Below are positions 1-16,014 of a stretch of 64,000 bases of DNA, one piece after another. Each line of letters opens with the position of its first letter. The stretch's first letter is position 1. The notes below the pieces were generated by a model. It saw nothing but the letters and a program-made list of their open reading frames with translations, searched no databases and had not been told where the DNA came from. Where the stretch lies: NCBI GenBank assembly GCA_964016885.1, contig OZ024740.1, forward strand, positions 440,758,001 to 440,822,000. Direction: 5' to 3'. The stretch is from Eledone cirrhosa (lineage: Eukaryota). The position numbers were made by a program, and so were the translations under genes.

Positions 1-226
1 GTTCAAGTTAGTAGCACTTCTGTCGCGTGTTTAACCTATCTTTTAAAATACTATCTTTTGATTTGCACAAATCTACCACGTGCTATACTTATTTACACAC
101 TCATGAACAAACATACGCACACATACACTACCACCACACGCACACATATATATATGTATATATATATATATACAGAGAGAGATAGAAAGAGAGCGAAATG
201 GATAGATATATTCATATTATATATAT

Positions 227-290
227 AATTGTTTCTACGTTAGGCACAAGGCCAGCAATTACCCAGTGCATTACTGGTACTTTATTTTAT
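227..290 (-). mobile_element. 3' fragment of tRNA-derived SINE
   Basis: Matches the 3' part (aattgtttcta...ggtactttattttat) of the full copies at 23945-24137 and 45581-45767. Confidence 0.75.
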
Positions 291-340
291 ATATATTATA
301 TATATATATTATATATATATATTATATATATAATGTGTGG

Positions 341-370
<30 letters not shown>

Positions 371-373
<3 letters not shown>

Positions 374-558
374 AAGGAATTGTGGTAAGGAACCAGATGG
401 ACCATAACGCACCAGATGGACCTTTTTCCTATTACCAGTAGAGTGGGTAATAGGAAAAAGTAAGACCCTGACGGCAGAGCTCAAGCCGTTTCGACGGCTA
501 TTTCTAGTCCAGAAATAGCCGTCGAAACGGCTTGAGCTCTGCCGTCAGGGTCATACTT

Positions 559-563
<5 letters not shown>
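371..563. mobile_element. Short fold-back element in (TA)n; same family as 46938-47146 and 59112-59160
   Basis: Inverted arms ~455-503/510-563 around agccgtcgaaacggcttgagctc, a one-sided extension to the left, and TA runs on both sides. Confidence 0.7.
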
Positions 564-615
<52 letters not shown>

Positions 616-1004
616 ACACATATATACATACGTATGTACATACATACATACATACGTACATACATACATACGTACATACATACATACATACATACATACA
701 TACATACATACATACATACATACATACATACATAGGGGAGATATTGAGAGGCGTATGTGTGAAAGTAGCTGCATGTTTGCATTATATTCTATGTTGATTC
801 CAACTGTAGATATATCAGTGGAAGCTGTCACATGGGAAACTAGTGGATGTGTCTCCTTTCACTAACAACTAGACAACATCACCAATTGATGTGATTAATG
901 CGTGTAGGAATTCATTAAGAGGACACATCGACTATTTCCTCCTCTCACTGGTTCCAGTTGTGTAGATGTATATGTATATATGTATATATACATACATATA
1001 TATG

Positions 1005-1068
<64 letters not shown>

Positions 1069-1200
1069 CATATACATATATAAAAAATGTGGGTAATATT
1101 AAATAATAAATATTATCCAATTACATGTATGAGAGTAGCTCAATGTAAAATAACTAATATAATACAGAGCCGGAATACTTTCTAAAGTATATATATATAT

Positions 1201-1413
1201 GATGTGTTGGTGTAAATGGTAGCACAGTGGTCCGGATAACCAAAGATGTGGGTTCGACTCCCATGTACGTCAATACTTATCTTTTTCCGTTTCTCCGAGG
1301 GTTCTTAACCCCACTATCAGGCTAAATAATTTCTTTAATTTCTTTAGTCAAAATACGGCGATAACTTACATTTCTAATAATTTCAAATCAACTCGCTGTT
1401 TCGAAAATATTCT

Positions 1414-1415
<2 letters not shown>
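1201..1415 (+). mobile_element. tRNA-headed SINE-like element (head 1201-1272 plus ~140-bp body)
   Basis: Cloverleaf: acceptor gatgtgt/gtacgtc, D arm gtgt/gcac, T arm tggg-ttcgact-ccca. The anticodon loop is non-canonical. The body recurs at 1446-1700. Confidence 0.65.
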
Positions 1416-1445
<30 letters not shown>

Positions 1446-1450
<5 letters not shown>

Positions 1451-1699
1451 TAGAAAATAGAATAGCTTTCACCGTATTTTTGACTAAAGGAATTTTGGCC
1501 TGATAATGGGGTTTAGAACCCTCAGATAAATGGAAAAAGATGAGTATTGACTCCCATGTACGTCAATACTCATCCTTTTCCATTTATCTGAGGGTTCTAA
1601 ACCCCATTATCAGGCTAAAATTCCTTTAGTAAAAAATACGGTGAAAGCTATTCTATTTTCTAATTTCAAACCTGCTCACTGTTTCAAAACATACTTACT

Positions 1700-1700
<1 letters not shown>
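1446..1700. mobile_element. Fold-back copy of the tRNA-headed element body
   Basis: 1446-1551 is the reverse complement of ~1562-1666; the junction shares gac; flanked by (TA)n. Confidence 0.7.
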
Positions 1701-1789
<89 letters not shown>

Positions 1790-1792
<3 letters not shown>

Positions 1793-1920
1793 TTTATCCC
1801 GGATTCAATCGGGGGTAACCACAGTAAGTAAGGTACTCAATACAAAGTAGAGTATAAATATTTAATTTCTCCCGAATGTTCTAGACTAAAAGACTATTTT
1901 GAGTTTCTAACTCAATCTAT

Positions 1921-1954
<34 letters not shown>

Positions 1955-2127
1955 GAAGAGCTTCTTCAGGACTAGAACTGTTTCATTTGTGAGAAATCAT
2001 CAGGGAGCTCACGAATGAAACAGTTGTAGTCCTGTAGAAGCTCTTCTATATTAAAACTTTTATACTCTGCTATGTATTGAGTACCTTACTTAATGTGGTT
2101 ACCTTCGATTCAACCCGCAATAACTTA
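1790..2127. mobile_element. PLE pLTR-like fragments with hammerhead core (family also at 14701, 15249, 17092, 32228)
   Basis: Minus strand ~1968-2008 reads ctgatga-tttctcacaaat-gaaac-a-gtt. Fold-back at 1953-2050. Shared tail gtattgagtaccttactt. Confidence 0.6.
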
Positions 2128-2310
2128 TATATATACATATATATATACATATATATATAGTATTTACGTATCGAGAAAGAGAGAAAAAAAGGAGGGATAG
2201 GTGATACATATAGTTATTTGCCAAGTAGCGTATGCCAGCAATGAATCTTGATGTGGATTTAACCCCCAAAACTCTTTCCGAACTATATAAGGAACACTTG
2301 TGATTGTTTA

Positions 2311-2350
2311 TGCCCTTGAGAAGCCCAACTGGGCGAAACGTACGTAGGTG
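2311..2350 (+). ncRNA. Variant type I hammerhead (CUUGAGAA core)
   Basis: tgcc-cttgagaa-gccca/tgggc-gaaac-gtac-gta-ggtg; palindromic stem III. Confidence 0.55.
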
Positions 2351-2405
2351 ATATTTTAAATAAACATGTTTTAACGGTCTATTCTCCGATTTTTCACTTT
2401 CCCAC

Positions 2406-2450
<45 letters not shown>

Positions 2451-2562
2451 TAAGAGGAATTCCAACTTTGTCTGATTTACTCGTTTTATTTACAATCCTT
2501 TAAAATATATAATGGTATTATAAAGAAATAGTATGATAGAATATTAAATTCTAAGTGTTAAT

Positions 2563-2601
2563 TGAACAAGTACTTTCATGCTTTCGCAATCTTCAGGTTC
2601 A
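2563..2601 (-). ncRNA. Minimal type I hammerhead
   Basis: Mirror copy of 2679-2717. Confidence 0.8.
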
Positions 2602-2678
2602 TAATATGTGGTGACAGTCAAGTTTGCAATTTTCAACTGTCAGTTGAAAATTGCAAACTTGACTGTCACCACATATTA

Positions 2679-2717
2679 TGAACCTGAAGATTGCGAAAGC
2701 ATGAAAGTACTTGTTCA
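2679..2717 (+). ncRNA. Minimal type I hammerhead
   Basis: tgaac-ctgaaga-t-tgc-gaaa-gca-t-gaaa-gtac-tt-gttca; CUU triplet; palindromic aagtactt. Confidence 0.8.
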
Positions 2718-2889
2718 ATTAACACTTAGAATTTAATATTCTATCATACTATTTCTTTATAATACCATTATATATATTTTAAAGGATTGTAAATAAAACG
2801 AGTAAATCAGACAAAGTTGGAATTCCTCTTATTAATATAATCTTCTATACACAATCATACACACCCGTGTATATTTACCTATCTATATA

Positions 2890-2939
<50 letters not shown>

Positions 2940-3595
2940 CTTCGATTTGTGCAGTTTTTCGCAATTCTTTGCAATTCCTTTACACATTTTGAATGCACCC
3001 GCCAAAAACCGAGGTTACCTCCCTCGCAGGTTAACCACGTGGGGTAGTCACTTCACTGCTACTTCATTGGAACCCGGTAGGCGGCTGAGAACAGAAAACC
3101 TGTTGACGAAATGGCTACCTTGTTCGATCGTTATACCAAAAGCTTACAACGAAAGCAGACAGTATACTTGATTTAGGAGTTACAGAAACCTCCTATTGGA
3201 TTTTACCACCACTTTCCGGGAAGGTCCAGGTAATTATTTGATAACCTGTTTAGCTTATTCGGTTTTTAGGCTACGGCGGCTGATGGCTTCACGACCACTG
3301 TTTTCATTTTATCTGGCCTTTATAACACATGTTAATTGCTCTGGTTTCTTCTTAGTCCAGTGAGCGCTTGCCGGCATATCTCGAAGATTGCGTTTCGTTT
3401 TGTTTTGGCCACCGCCGAAATACGATCTCGCTGAAATTATATTATATATATATATATAATTTATAATAAACGATGCCAAATTTTAAATATTTGACTTAAT
3501 TATTTTACATTACTCCGGACAAAGCAACCTGCGTACTTCGTCGAGTGCCCCAATCTGCATACTGAGGTGTCGGAAAAAAACAACATATACTCAAA

Positions 3596-3652
<57 letters not shown>

Positions 3653-3709
3653 ATATAAACAAGAAGTGTAAGTCAACAGGGCAAAACTAGTTTCTTTCAT
3701 TCATATTCG

Positions 3710-3768
3710 CTGCTATATATATATTTCAGTGATAGCCGTTATTCAACAGCTATGACCTCATCAGGCAG
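3710..3768 (-). ncRNA. Type I hammerhead with long stem II
   Basis: ctgc-ctgatga-ggtcatagctgtt-gaat-aacggctatcact-gaaa-tatatata-ta-gcag; AUA triplet. Confidence 0.8.
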
Positions 3769-3969
3769 TAAGAACTTCAACAGAAAAAACAGGAATACAT
3801 AATGTTGGAATAGAATTTACCTTATTAATTCATTTATATGTTCAGATCCTGGGAGTGTTGTTAGTCCCCGGAGTAAACAGACCAACCTGCGCACTTGGTT
3901 GAGTGCTCCAACCTGCATAATGAAGTGTCGGTAAACAACCAACACATGCTTAAAATTATATATATATAT

Positions 3970-6344
<2,375 letters not shown>

Positions 6345-6519
6345 TGTGTGGGTGTACATGAATATATATACATATATATATGTATATACATATATATATG
6401 AATGTATATATGTATATATGCATGTATATATATATATTTTATATATATAATATTTTATTGTATATATATATATACATTTATATATGCGTGTGTGTGTATG
6501 TATGAATATATATATATGT

Positions 6520-6805
6520 TTTTTGTGCCTCTCCTTTGTTCTGTCTTACGCCATCTTGAAGATGGCGTAGGACAGAACAAAGGAGAGGCACAAAGAAAAG
6601 AACCCCCAGTCACTGAAGAGGTCACAGAATGTGTGACGAAAGAACTTTGACAATATATAAACAACCATCTGGTTGTGGAACCAACCAACCAACCGGAAAT
6701 TTATAAATTCCTAAATTTATAAGTTTGTTATAATAAATTGAAGTGAAAGCAACTGGTGCGTGTGTTTCTTATTGGCAACATGACCCTCCCAAAGTATAAC
6801 AATAT
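6520..6805 (+). mobile_element. Solo pLTR of the Neptune-like PLE at 39937-40790, with short inverted 5' arm
   Basis: Nearly identical to the reverse complement of 39937-40187; hairpin at 6520-6594. Confidence 0.85.
6609..6651 (+). ncRNA. Type I hammerhead
   Basis: gtca-ctgaaga-g-gtcaca/tgtgac-gaaa-gaac-tt-tgac; CUU triplet. Confidence 0.85.
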
Positions 6806-6861
6806 CGGTTTCAACACACGTTTTCAGATAAAGAATCTTGCTAAACAAATTCAGAAACGAA

Positions 6862-6940
<79 letters not shown>

Positions 6941-7432
6941 TTGTTATTTAACTACATTTTATTTCTCTGGTTTTTTTAACTCTAAACCAGCAACACTTAA
7001 TCTCACTAAGGGACACCATGTTTAAGCCATCCAAGTAAATACCATAGAGTTCTCAATACCATACAGAACACAACTCTATAAATATTGGTGAGCTCGTGTC
7101 GTCAGAAATGACGGCAATAGCTTTGAAGTTATACAATGATGGAAATATTAGGAAAAGGATAAAAACAAAATTGCGTTATGAAAAAGGCGAAATGAGTAAG
7201 GGAGGGCAGATCTGGCTGTATAGGAAGGTAAGTTAAAGGATTATAAATATCATAAATAAGAAGAAAAGGAGGAAAAAAGCAAGTGGAAGAGGGTGGGAGA
7301 GGATGATAAACTCTACACCTAGGTAGAGGCGCTGTTGCGGATTTGAATGCTTGTCATTTTTGAAATCCAGGATTTGTATATATATACCAGGATTCTCGGA
7401 TATATGAACAATCATACAAGTTGTGGAATTTG

Positions 7433-8004
7433 CTTTTTGAAAAACTGATTATTTGCATAAGGGAAACCCTAGAGTGCTTTTTGACAAACTGATCATTTGC
7501 ATAAGAGAAACCCTATAGTGCTTTTTGACAAAATGATCGCTTGCATAGGGGAAACCCTATAGTGCTTTTTGACAAACTGATCATTTGCATAAGGGAAACC
7601 CTATAGTGCTTTTTGACAAACTGATCGTTTGCATAAGAGAAACCCTATAGTTCTTTTTGACAAACTGATGGTTTGCATAGTGGAAACCCTATAGTGCTTT
7701 TTGACCAACTGATCGTTTGCATAAGGGAAACCCTATAGTGCTTTTTGACAAACTGATCGTTTGCATAAGGGAAACCCTATAGTGCTTTTTGACAAACTGA
7801 TCATTTGCATAAGGGAAACCCTATAGTGCTTTTTGACAAACTGATCGTTTGCATAAGGGAAACCCTATAGTGCTTTTTGACAAACTGATCGTTTGCATAA
7901 GGGAAACCCTATAGTGCTTTTTGACAAACTGATCGTTTGCATAAGGGAAACCCTATAGTGCTTTTTGACAAACTGATCGTTTGCATAAGGGAAACCCTAT
8001 AGTG
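7433..8004. repeat. 44-bp minisatellite, 13 copies
   Basis: Unit ctttttgacaaactgatcgtttgcataagggaaaccctatagtg; no spacers. Confidence 0.95.
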
Positions 8005-8252
8005 TGTTAACGACCCGTGTAAGTAATGAAAAGGAAGAAGGATAATTTATTTCTAATATATAATTACGGAAATGTTCAGTATATACAAATAACAGGATTA
8101 AATGTAACTTTGGAGAAATATGTATTCACAGGACGAAATGAGGGTTAGAACCCAGGACCCTGTGGTTGGAAAACGGATTTATAATTGTAGCAACATGATT
8201 AAAATAGGAATTCATTGTGTGTATGTAAATTTAAAAAGTTACTAATATATGC

Positions 8253-8400
<148 letters not shown>

Positions 8401-8460
8401 TATTTCACGTTGTTCCAGTTTATTCAGCTGTAGAAAAGGAGTTGCGATGTCACTGGTGAC

Positions 8461-8558
8461 AACCCTGCCCGGACTTGTGCCTCGGAGGGAAACTTTCTAG
8501 GTGCAAATCCTATGGTCATAGAAAGTTTCCCTCCGACGCACAAGTCCGGGCAAGGTTG
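8461..8558. repeat. Short GC-rich inverted repeat
   Basis: aaccctgcccggacttgtgcctcggagggaaactttcta ... tagaaagtttccctccgacgcacaagtccgggcaaggtt. Confidence 0.7.
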
Positions 8559-8604
8559 TTTGTGGAAGACCAGGCATATATATATATATATATGTATATA
8601 TATT

Positions 8605-10914
8605 TATTAAAATAACAGATTACAGATTCGCTGCTTTCACCCTTAACGGGATCTTCTGAAACTAACAAAGTCAATCTGTGAACGCAGAAGTGAATATTTC
8701 AAAAACGTTGCAACCGGAGGAAGACAGGAAGACGATACTTTGGTTCGTGGAAACGTTCCCTGGAAAAGAACGGGAAACGAATATATACGTCATTAATAGG
8801 AGCGGTGAAAAACAATTACGCGCAAAGACAAAACCACGTTTATGGTATAAAAGAAGTCGTAGACAAATATTCTATTACGTAGTTCATAGAGACGTTCTCA
8901 GGCAATGAACGGAAAAAACGAAGATAATACGTCATATGTGGAGCGGGGAGAACAATTGCACGGAAAGACAAAACCACATAAATGGTATAACTGAAGTCGT
9001 AGACTAAAATTCTAACTAGGAAACCGAATGATTCTCGGCTTCAGAGTTGAGAATAAAGTAAATAAAATACAGAGGTAATTGAAATAAATACATACACGCA
9101 TCCATATACGTACATACACAAGCATAAGCGAAAACACTCGCCATATGTATACAAATACACGCACGTACACACAAAAAAACAACAAAAAAACACCTACACG
9201 CATATACAGAACCCACTCAACGCCTGTACCCGCACGCATACGAATGTATACACACAAAATGTATACGAATGTATACACACAAAAATATATATGAAAATAT
9301 ATATATTAATATATATATATATGTGTGTGTGTGCGTGTATATATATAATTAAATAAACGTATATAAATAAATACGTATATAACAAGCGCACACACATACC
9401 TACATGTAAATACACATATGTTCGGAGACGAACGTCAACCAAAACATGAAGTACACATATACACACACCCTACATACGTACGAACCCGCATACTCACACA
9501 GACGCAAAACTCACGTATGCACATAACCAAAAGCATATGTACCAGAATATATAATATATACGCCATAACACATACAATCAAATATACGTTCGAGGAGGTA
9601 TACGTACCTTCATAAAACATACAGGTAATAATACTTACCTATACAAATAAGTAATGGTATAAACATAACATATACTTAGCTACCACATCAAGACGTATGC
9701 ATTATGTGGTATAACCCACCATATAATATGGAGGTGGCCACACTATTAGCTAAGATCTTTCTCTCCCTTATTATGGTGCATTTTCCCCCTACACATAAAT
9801 ATAGTAACATTTTTAATAGAAATACTATTAAAATTTCTTACTCTACGACTCCTAACCTTGCACATAACATCACAGCTTCAAATTTAGCTAAACTACCTAG
9901 CCGTAGGAACACGTGCAACCCTGTAGTTAGTACTAACTGTAATTGTAGGAACCGGGTTGACTGCCCCCTATCCGGGAAATGCCTCTCTAGTAACATTGTC
10001 TACAAATGTAAGGTTGAGACACCCACGTCCCGTAGGGCCTACATAGGATTAACCGCCAATAGATTCAAGCAGCGTCTCTACATGCATACCCATTCTTTTC
10101 GTTACCCTTTAAGAAGGAATATGACGTCACTTTCAGCTTATATCTGGAGTCTAAAAGACAACCATACCCAATATAAGTTACACTGGGAGATCCTTGCTAG
10201 GGCTAGATCGTATAACGGAAATAAAATACCATGTGACCTCTGCGCCGCTGAGGCTCTGGAAATACTCTACGCCAAAGACCACATCTTAAACAAAAAATCT
10301 GAGGCAATTTCGGCTTGTAAACATAAATTGCACAAAACTTTCCTGTATTACAGCCCCACATTATACCCTAACGGATAGTACGAAATATACGCAGATATTT
10401 TACGTCTTGATGTGGTAGCTAAGTATATGTTATGTTTATACCATTACTTATTTGTATAGGTAAGTATTATTACCTGTATGTTTTATGAAGGTACGTATAC
10501 TTCCTCGTACGTATATTTGATTGTATATGTTATGGCGTATATATTATATATTCTGGTAAATATGCTTTTGGTTATGTGTATACGTGAGTTTTGCGTCTGT
10601 GTGAGTATGCGGGTTCGTACGTATGTAGGGTGTGTGTATATGTGTACTTCGTGTTTTGGTTGACGTACGTCTCCGCACATATGTGTATTTACATGTAGGT
10701 ATGTGTGTGCGCTTGTTATATACGTATTTATTTATTTATATACGTTTATTTAATTATATGTATACACGCACACACACACACATATATATATTAATATATA
10801 TATTTTTATATATATTTTTGTGTGTATTTGGTGTATACATTCGTATGCGTGCGGGTACAGGCGTTGAGTGGGTTCTGTATGTGCGTGTGATTGTTTTTTT
10901 TTGTTTTTTTTATG

Positions 10915-10915
<1 letters not shown>
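8605..10915 (+). mobile_element. 5'-truncated Naiad-like PLE with inverted pLTR
   Basis: GIY-YIG ORF bracketed by inverted repeats ~9173-9697/10401-10915. Extension of the left arm to ~8605 is inferred. TA flanks. Confidence 0.85.
9704..10378 (+). CDS. C-terminal part of PLE polyprotein (linker, Cys cluster, GIY-YIG endonuclease)
   Basis: WYNPPY, NIFNRNTIKISYS, CNCRNRVDCPLSGKCL, IVY...YIGLTANRFKQR, CDLC..E, ILNKKSE. Uninterrupted but 5'-truncated. Confidence 0.88.
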   Translation: MWYNPPYNMEVATLLAKIFLSLIMVHFPPTHKYSNIFNRNTIKISYSTTPNLAHNITASNLAKLPSRRNTCNPVVSTNCNCRNRVDCPLSGKCLSSNIVYKCKVETPTSRRAYIGLTANRFKQRLYMHTHSFRYPLRRNMTSLSAYIWSLKDNHTQYKLHWEILARARSYNGNKIPCDLCAAEALEILYAKDHILNKKSEAISACKHKLHKTFLYYSPTLYPNG

Positions 10916-10989
<74 letters not shown>

Positions 10990-12473
10990 GGATGAATAAC
11001 TACAAAAACAAACACACATGAGGTATTATCATGATTGATATTTTTTAGTCTCGTAAATCTAATTAGAATGGTGTCGTCGGAGAATTGATGAAAATAACCC
11101 CTAAATTTATATCACCTCAAAGGGTGATAAACATCTTTCGTCTTTCCACAAAAAGGCAGAAACAATTATTTAATTAAATATATTAATGTTTTTTTAAGTA
11201 GAATAGTGTATACAATCTATAAAATACATTATTTTTCTTGACGTAGGTGTATTTGTTGTGTGATGTCTGAAGAAATATTAAATATATTCCAGCGGTATCC
11301 AACATGTATATATCACAACTAGATTGTCTAATATACCTTTATTTTCTGTGAAAATCACAGACAATTGTTGTTTTTTTACCTTATTTTCTTTTCGAGGTTT
11401 ACGAAAATCGTTGATATTAATTCCTCGATCTCCAGCCATGACTCTCCCACATAATGATCGTAGTAGCGAAACTGCACCACACTAGTTATTCAGCTATTTT
11501 TGTCTTTTGTAATCATGCAAATTATTATTGCCAAAAATGTCTGTAAATGCAATTCATGCTATTAACTCATTTCTGTTACTTACCTTAGCAGAACTTCTGC
11601 TAATATATTCTGCTTGGAGTATATAGTCACATATTCGTATTTGTATGTATTCCACAGTGGGGAGTCAGTTTTTATGTTGAAAATTATTGTAAATCTATCC
11701 CATCTGTTAGTTTGCTGATTGCTTAACAAATAGATTGTCTGATTGATAGAATTGTGGATTAGAAGTTATTTAGTAATAACACACAAAGAAAACGTACATT
11801 AAGAAACACAGATCTCTCTGTTTAAAACCTCATTTGTTTCCTTACACAAGCCATGCTATAGATACCACCTAGATAGGATTCGAAATATGCTGTTTTTTTA
11901 ATATTGTGAGGTCAAGAATATTTCGATAAATTTTACTTTTTATTTTCATTTTCAGTTCTCTTTTACACCTCACTGTCTTTCACCTTTACCTTTTTATTTC
12001 TTATAACGATGAAAAATATATTTGTTATGTTTTAATTTTCTTTTCTATCGGAAGGAAACAGGAATTTCCTACAATGGTGACTGTCATAATGAGCAAAGAA
12101 CAAACGTTATATATACAATATGACTGTGTGTGTGTGTGTGTATGTGTTACAAATTATATGTCCTTGTATGTGTATACGTAAGTTCATGTGAGCATGTGTA
12201 TGTATGTATATATGTGTGTGTGTAATTTGAATGTCTATGTAAGTATTATTTAATTTTTCTCACAGGTAAGAGATGTTCTTTGAAATGTGATTTAAAGAAA
12301 AGCTAGTCTGCACGACATTGTAAGCAATGCTTGATATATGTTCAACTTTCATAAATAAAAGTTCTCCACTCTTCTCAGTAGCATATAATTAAAAACTATA
12401 TAATGGTGGTGCCCCAGCAAGGCCTCAGCCTGTCGGCTGGAACAGGTAATAGAGTAATCGAGTAATATATATA

Positions 12474-12552
12474 CAAGGTGACCCCCAAAAATGCGTACAC
12501 ACTTCAACAGCATTCTAATCGAAGTGTATATGCATTTTGGGGGGACACCCTG
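12474..12552. mobile_element. Tc1/mariner-type MITE
   Basis: TIRs caaggtgacccc/ggggacaccctg after TA; related copy at 23768-23867. Confidence 0.6.
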
Positions 12553-13687
12553 TGTATATATATATATAGTGTGTGTGTGTATGAATCAGTGAATTACTGG
12601 AGATAGTACCAAAATGACCACTCGATACATAGGCGGCAGAGTGCCTGAAGGTAAACGATGCAGTTTCATTTATATGTATTTAGTTTGTGTGTGCGTGTGT
12701 CTGTGTGTGTGTGTGGTGTGTGTGTTTGTGTGTGTGTGTGGGGGGGGGGTATATACCTGTTACGCGCGTTTTGCAGAGGATTGGTTCAAGAGCAGATCGA
12801 TAATGGTGTTGGGTCTAAGACATCTATGGGTGACCTTGAGCCAGTACTCTACGAACAGGTCGATACACAATAAAAACTAAATACAGTGATTGAAACTTCA
12901 TCGTTTTTCTTAATATATTATGTTTGTTGCCAATATTACAACATCACTCATGATATATCACTATACCCACATACATAGGCGTATAGATATATAGAGTATA
13001 AAATATAAAAATTTGTTCGGGAATTAAATAAAACATGTTTGAAACAAATAATATGAAATATTGGGTGTAGTTTCGGGGATTCTACACCAAAGATTAAGTC
13101 ACGTAAACACCGAGTCTTTATAAATTTCCCCCATTGTCATAAATCTTCTTACGAAAAAAGAAAAAAATACCATCTCCAGCTTGCACAATTTTCTGAATAC
13201 ATACATTCACCGCGGGGGTTTTCATAGGAATTTTTCATAGAAACATTTATAAAGCTAGACGTTAACAGTCAGAAACTTCTAATAATTCTTCTACTTTTGA
13301 AATAATCTTCTACGTATATGTAATCTAAGATTCACGTCAAGTTGTTTTCAGCATGATACGAACAAGCCTACCTTGGTGTATTCTATTTAATGATTTCAGT
13401 CGTTGGATTGTATATATAAGCAAGGTTCAAATATCACATACTTCGTTATCAGGAATGTGAAACTCCGTATAATGACTCGTTCGGTCTTGTTTATAATAAA
13501 TACCATCGCACGCTCGGTGTTATTAGTGACAAGGTCTTTTTGTTTTGTTTCATTTCACAACAATGTGATAGCGACATCCAGTACATAGCTAGCTGTTAAA
13601 CACTCTTTAATCTAGAGATACGGGTGAATTGTGAAGCAGTATATAAAGTAGGGTTTCATTCTGTCATACACGAAACACACACACACA

Positions 13688-14703
<1,016 letters not shown>

Positions 14704-14769
14704 AGGGGCACTAGGAGCGCTTCCTGCTGATTTCTGACGAATGAAACAGTCCTAGTCCTGTGGAAGCTT

Positions 14770-14801
<32 letters not shown>

Positions 14802-14807
<6 letters not shown>

Positions 14808-15218
14808 TCAGGTTATCAGTAATGTAGTGATAATATATCGTTACGTTAGAGATGAACAGCGTACGTGCAGGTTTGCTCAACGAGTATAAATTATATTCCG
14901 GAGAAATGTAGAAAGGATGAATATAAAATGAAAGTGCTTTTGTTAAAAAAGGAATTTATTAGGTATTGACATATGTTTTTGTAACAGACCGAATACCTAT
15001 GTATCGCTGCTTGCGTAATCATATAATGTTAGCAAGTATTCGATAGCAAATGTATAAACAGAAGTGACAACTGTTTATACATTTGCTATCGAATACTTGC
15101 TAACATTATATGATTACGCAAGCAGCGATACATAGGTATTCGGTCTGTTACAGAAACATATGTCAATACCTAATAAATTCCTTTTTTAACAAAAGCACTT
15201 TCATTTTATATTCATCCT

Positions 15219-15223
<5 letters not shown>
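14802..15223. mobile_element. Fold-back insertion flanked by a duplicated 72-bp segment
   Basis: Arms 14909-15061/15071-15223; identical copies at 14701-14772 and 15249-15320. Confidence 0.8.
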
Positions 15224-15249
<26 letters not shown>

Positions 15250-15317
15250 AGAGGGGCACTAGGAGCGCTTCCTGCTGATTTCTGACGAATGAAACAGTCC
15301 TAGTCCTGTGGAAGCTT

Positions 15318-15356
<39 letters not shown>

Positions 15357-15856
15357 TATACTCAGGTATATCATAATGTTTGTTGAGTGAGATGGATGTC
15401 GGTCGGAGTATTGCTTAAAGCTTTCTCTGTTAATGTATTAAGTATTATACTCTTGAATTGGCCGGAGATGAAAATTCCAGATATCTAGGTATGACTTTCT
15501 TTATTTATTCTTTGTATGAAGTATTGATTGTTTTGCCTGTATCTCATGTCCGTTTTTTGCCTGAGAAAATACATCTATGTGTGTATAAATAATACATACA
15601 TATATTTATTTTTTTTATATCCAATTGAGTTCTTCACGCGGGGTTAAAATTCATGACAGAATTAATTGACATGCGTATATATTATTTTATGTTTTACGAT
15701 GACCTCCCCGTCCCGTTAGGGGAGAGTGTGAAATTTCTTTTTGAGAGACTGCTGGAATTTCAAATTTGGCGGTCATTCTAGCACTGACGGGGACCATCGC
15801 TGAATATTAATAGCAGTATGGTTTTTTATATTGATATTGCTGGGCATCCATATATA

Positions 15857-15959
<103 letters not shown>

Positions 15960-16014
15960 GTGAGGTTTTTTTTACAAAATGAAAAATAACCGAGGTGTCC
16001 TACACGAGTGAAAG

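Larger units (their letters stand above)
2445..2885. mobile_element. Fold-back pLTR-like insertion with two divergent hammerheads
   Basis: Near-perfect ~195-bp arms centred on 2640, ~45-bp tail on the right arm, (TA)n flanks. Confidence 0.85.

Noticed and set aside
1201-1272. Functional tRNA gene
   Set aside because: Several G-U pairs, no U33 or purine 37, and it is fused to a repeated body.
2445-2885. MITE or Foldback DNA transposon interpretation of the palindromes
   Set aside because: Asymmetric tails, variable centres and hammerheads fit PLE-type inversion better than fixed TIRs.
7433-8004. CRISPR array or hammerhead repeat
   Set aside because: No unique spacers or cas genes; ctgatcg...gaaac lacks the core and stems.
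9704-10378. Selenoprotein-type Naiad
   Set aside because: No in-frame UGA at Cys positions in the visible ORF.
11020-13600. Host gene exons (scattered splice-like signals)
   Set aside because: No recognisable protein or consistent exon frame; needs RNA-seq.
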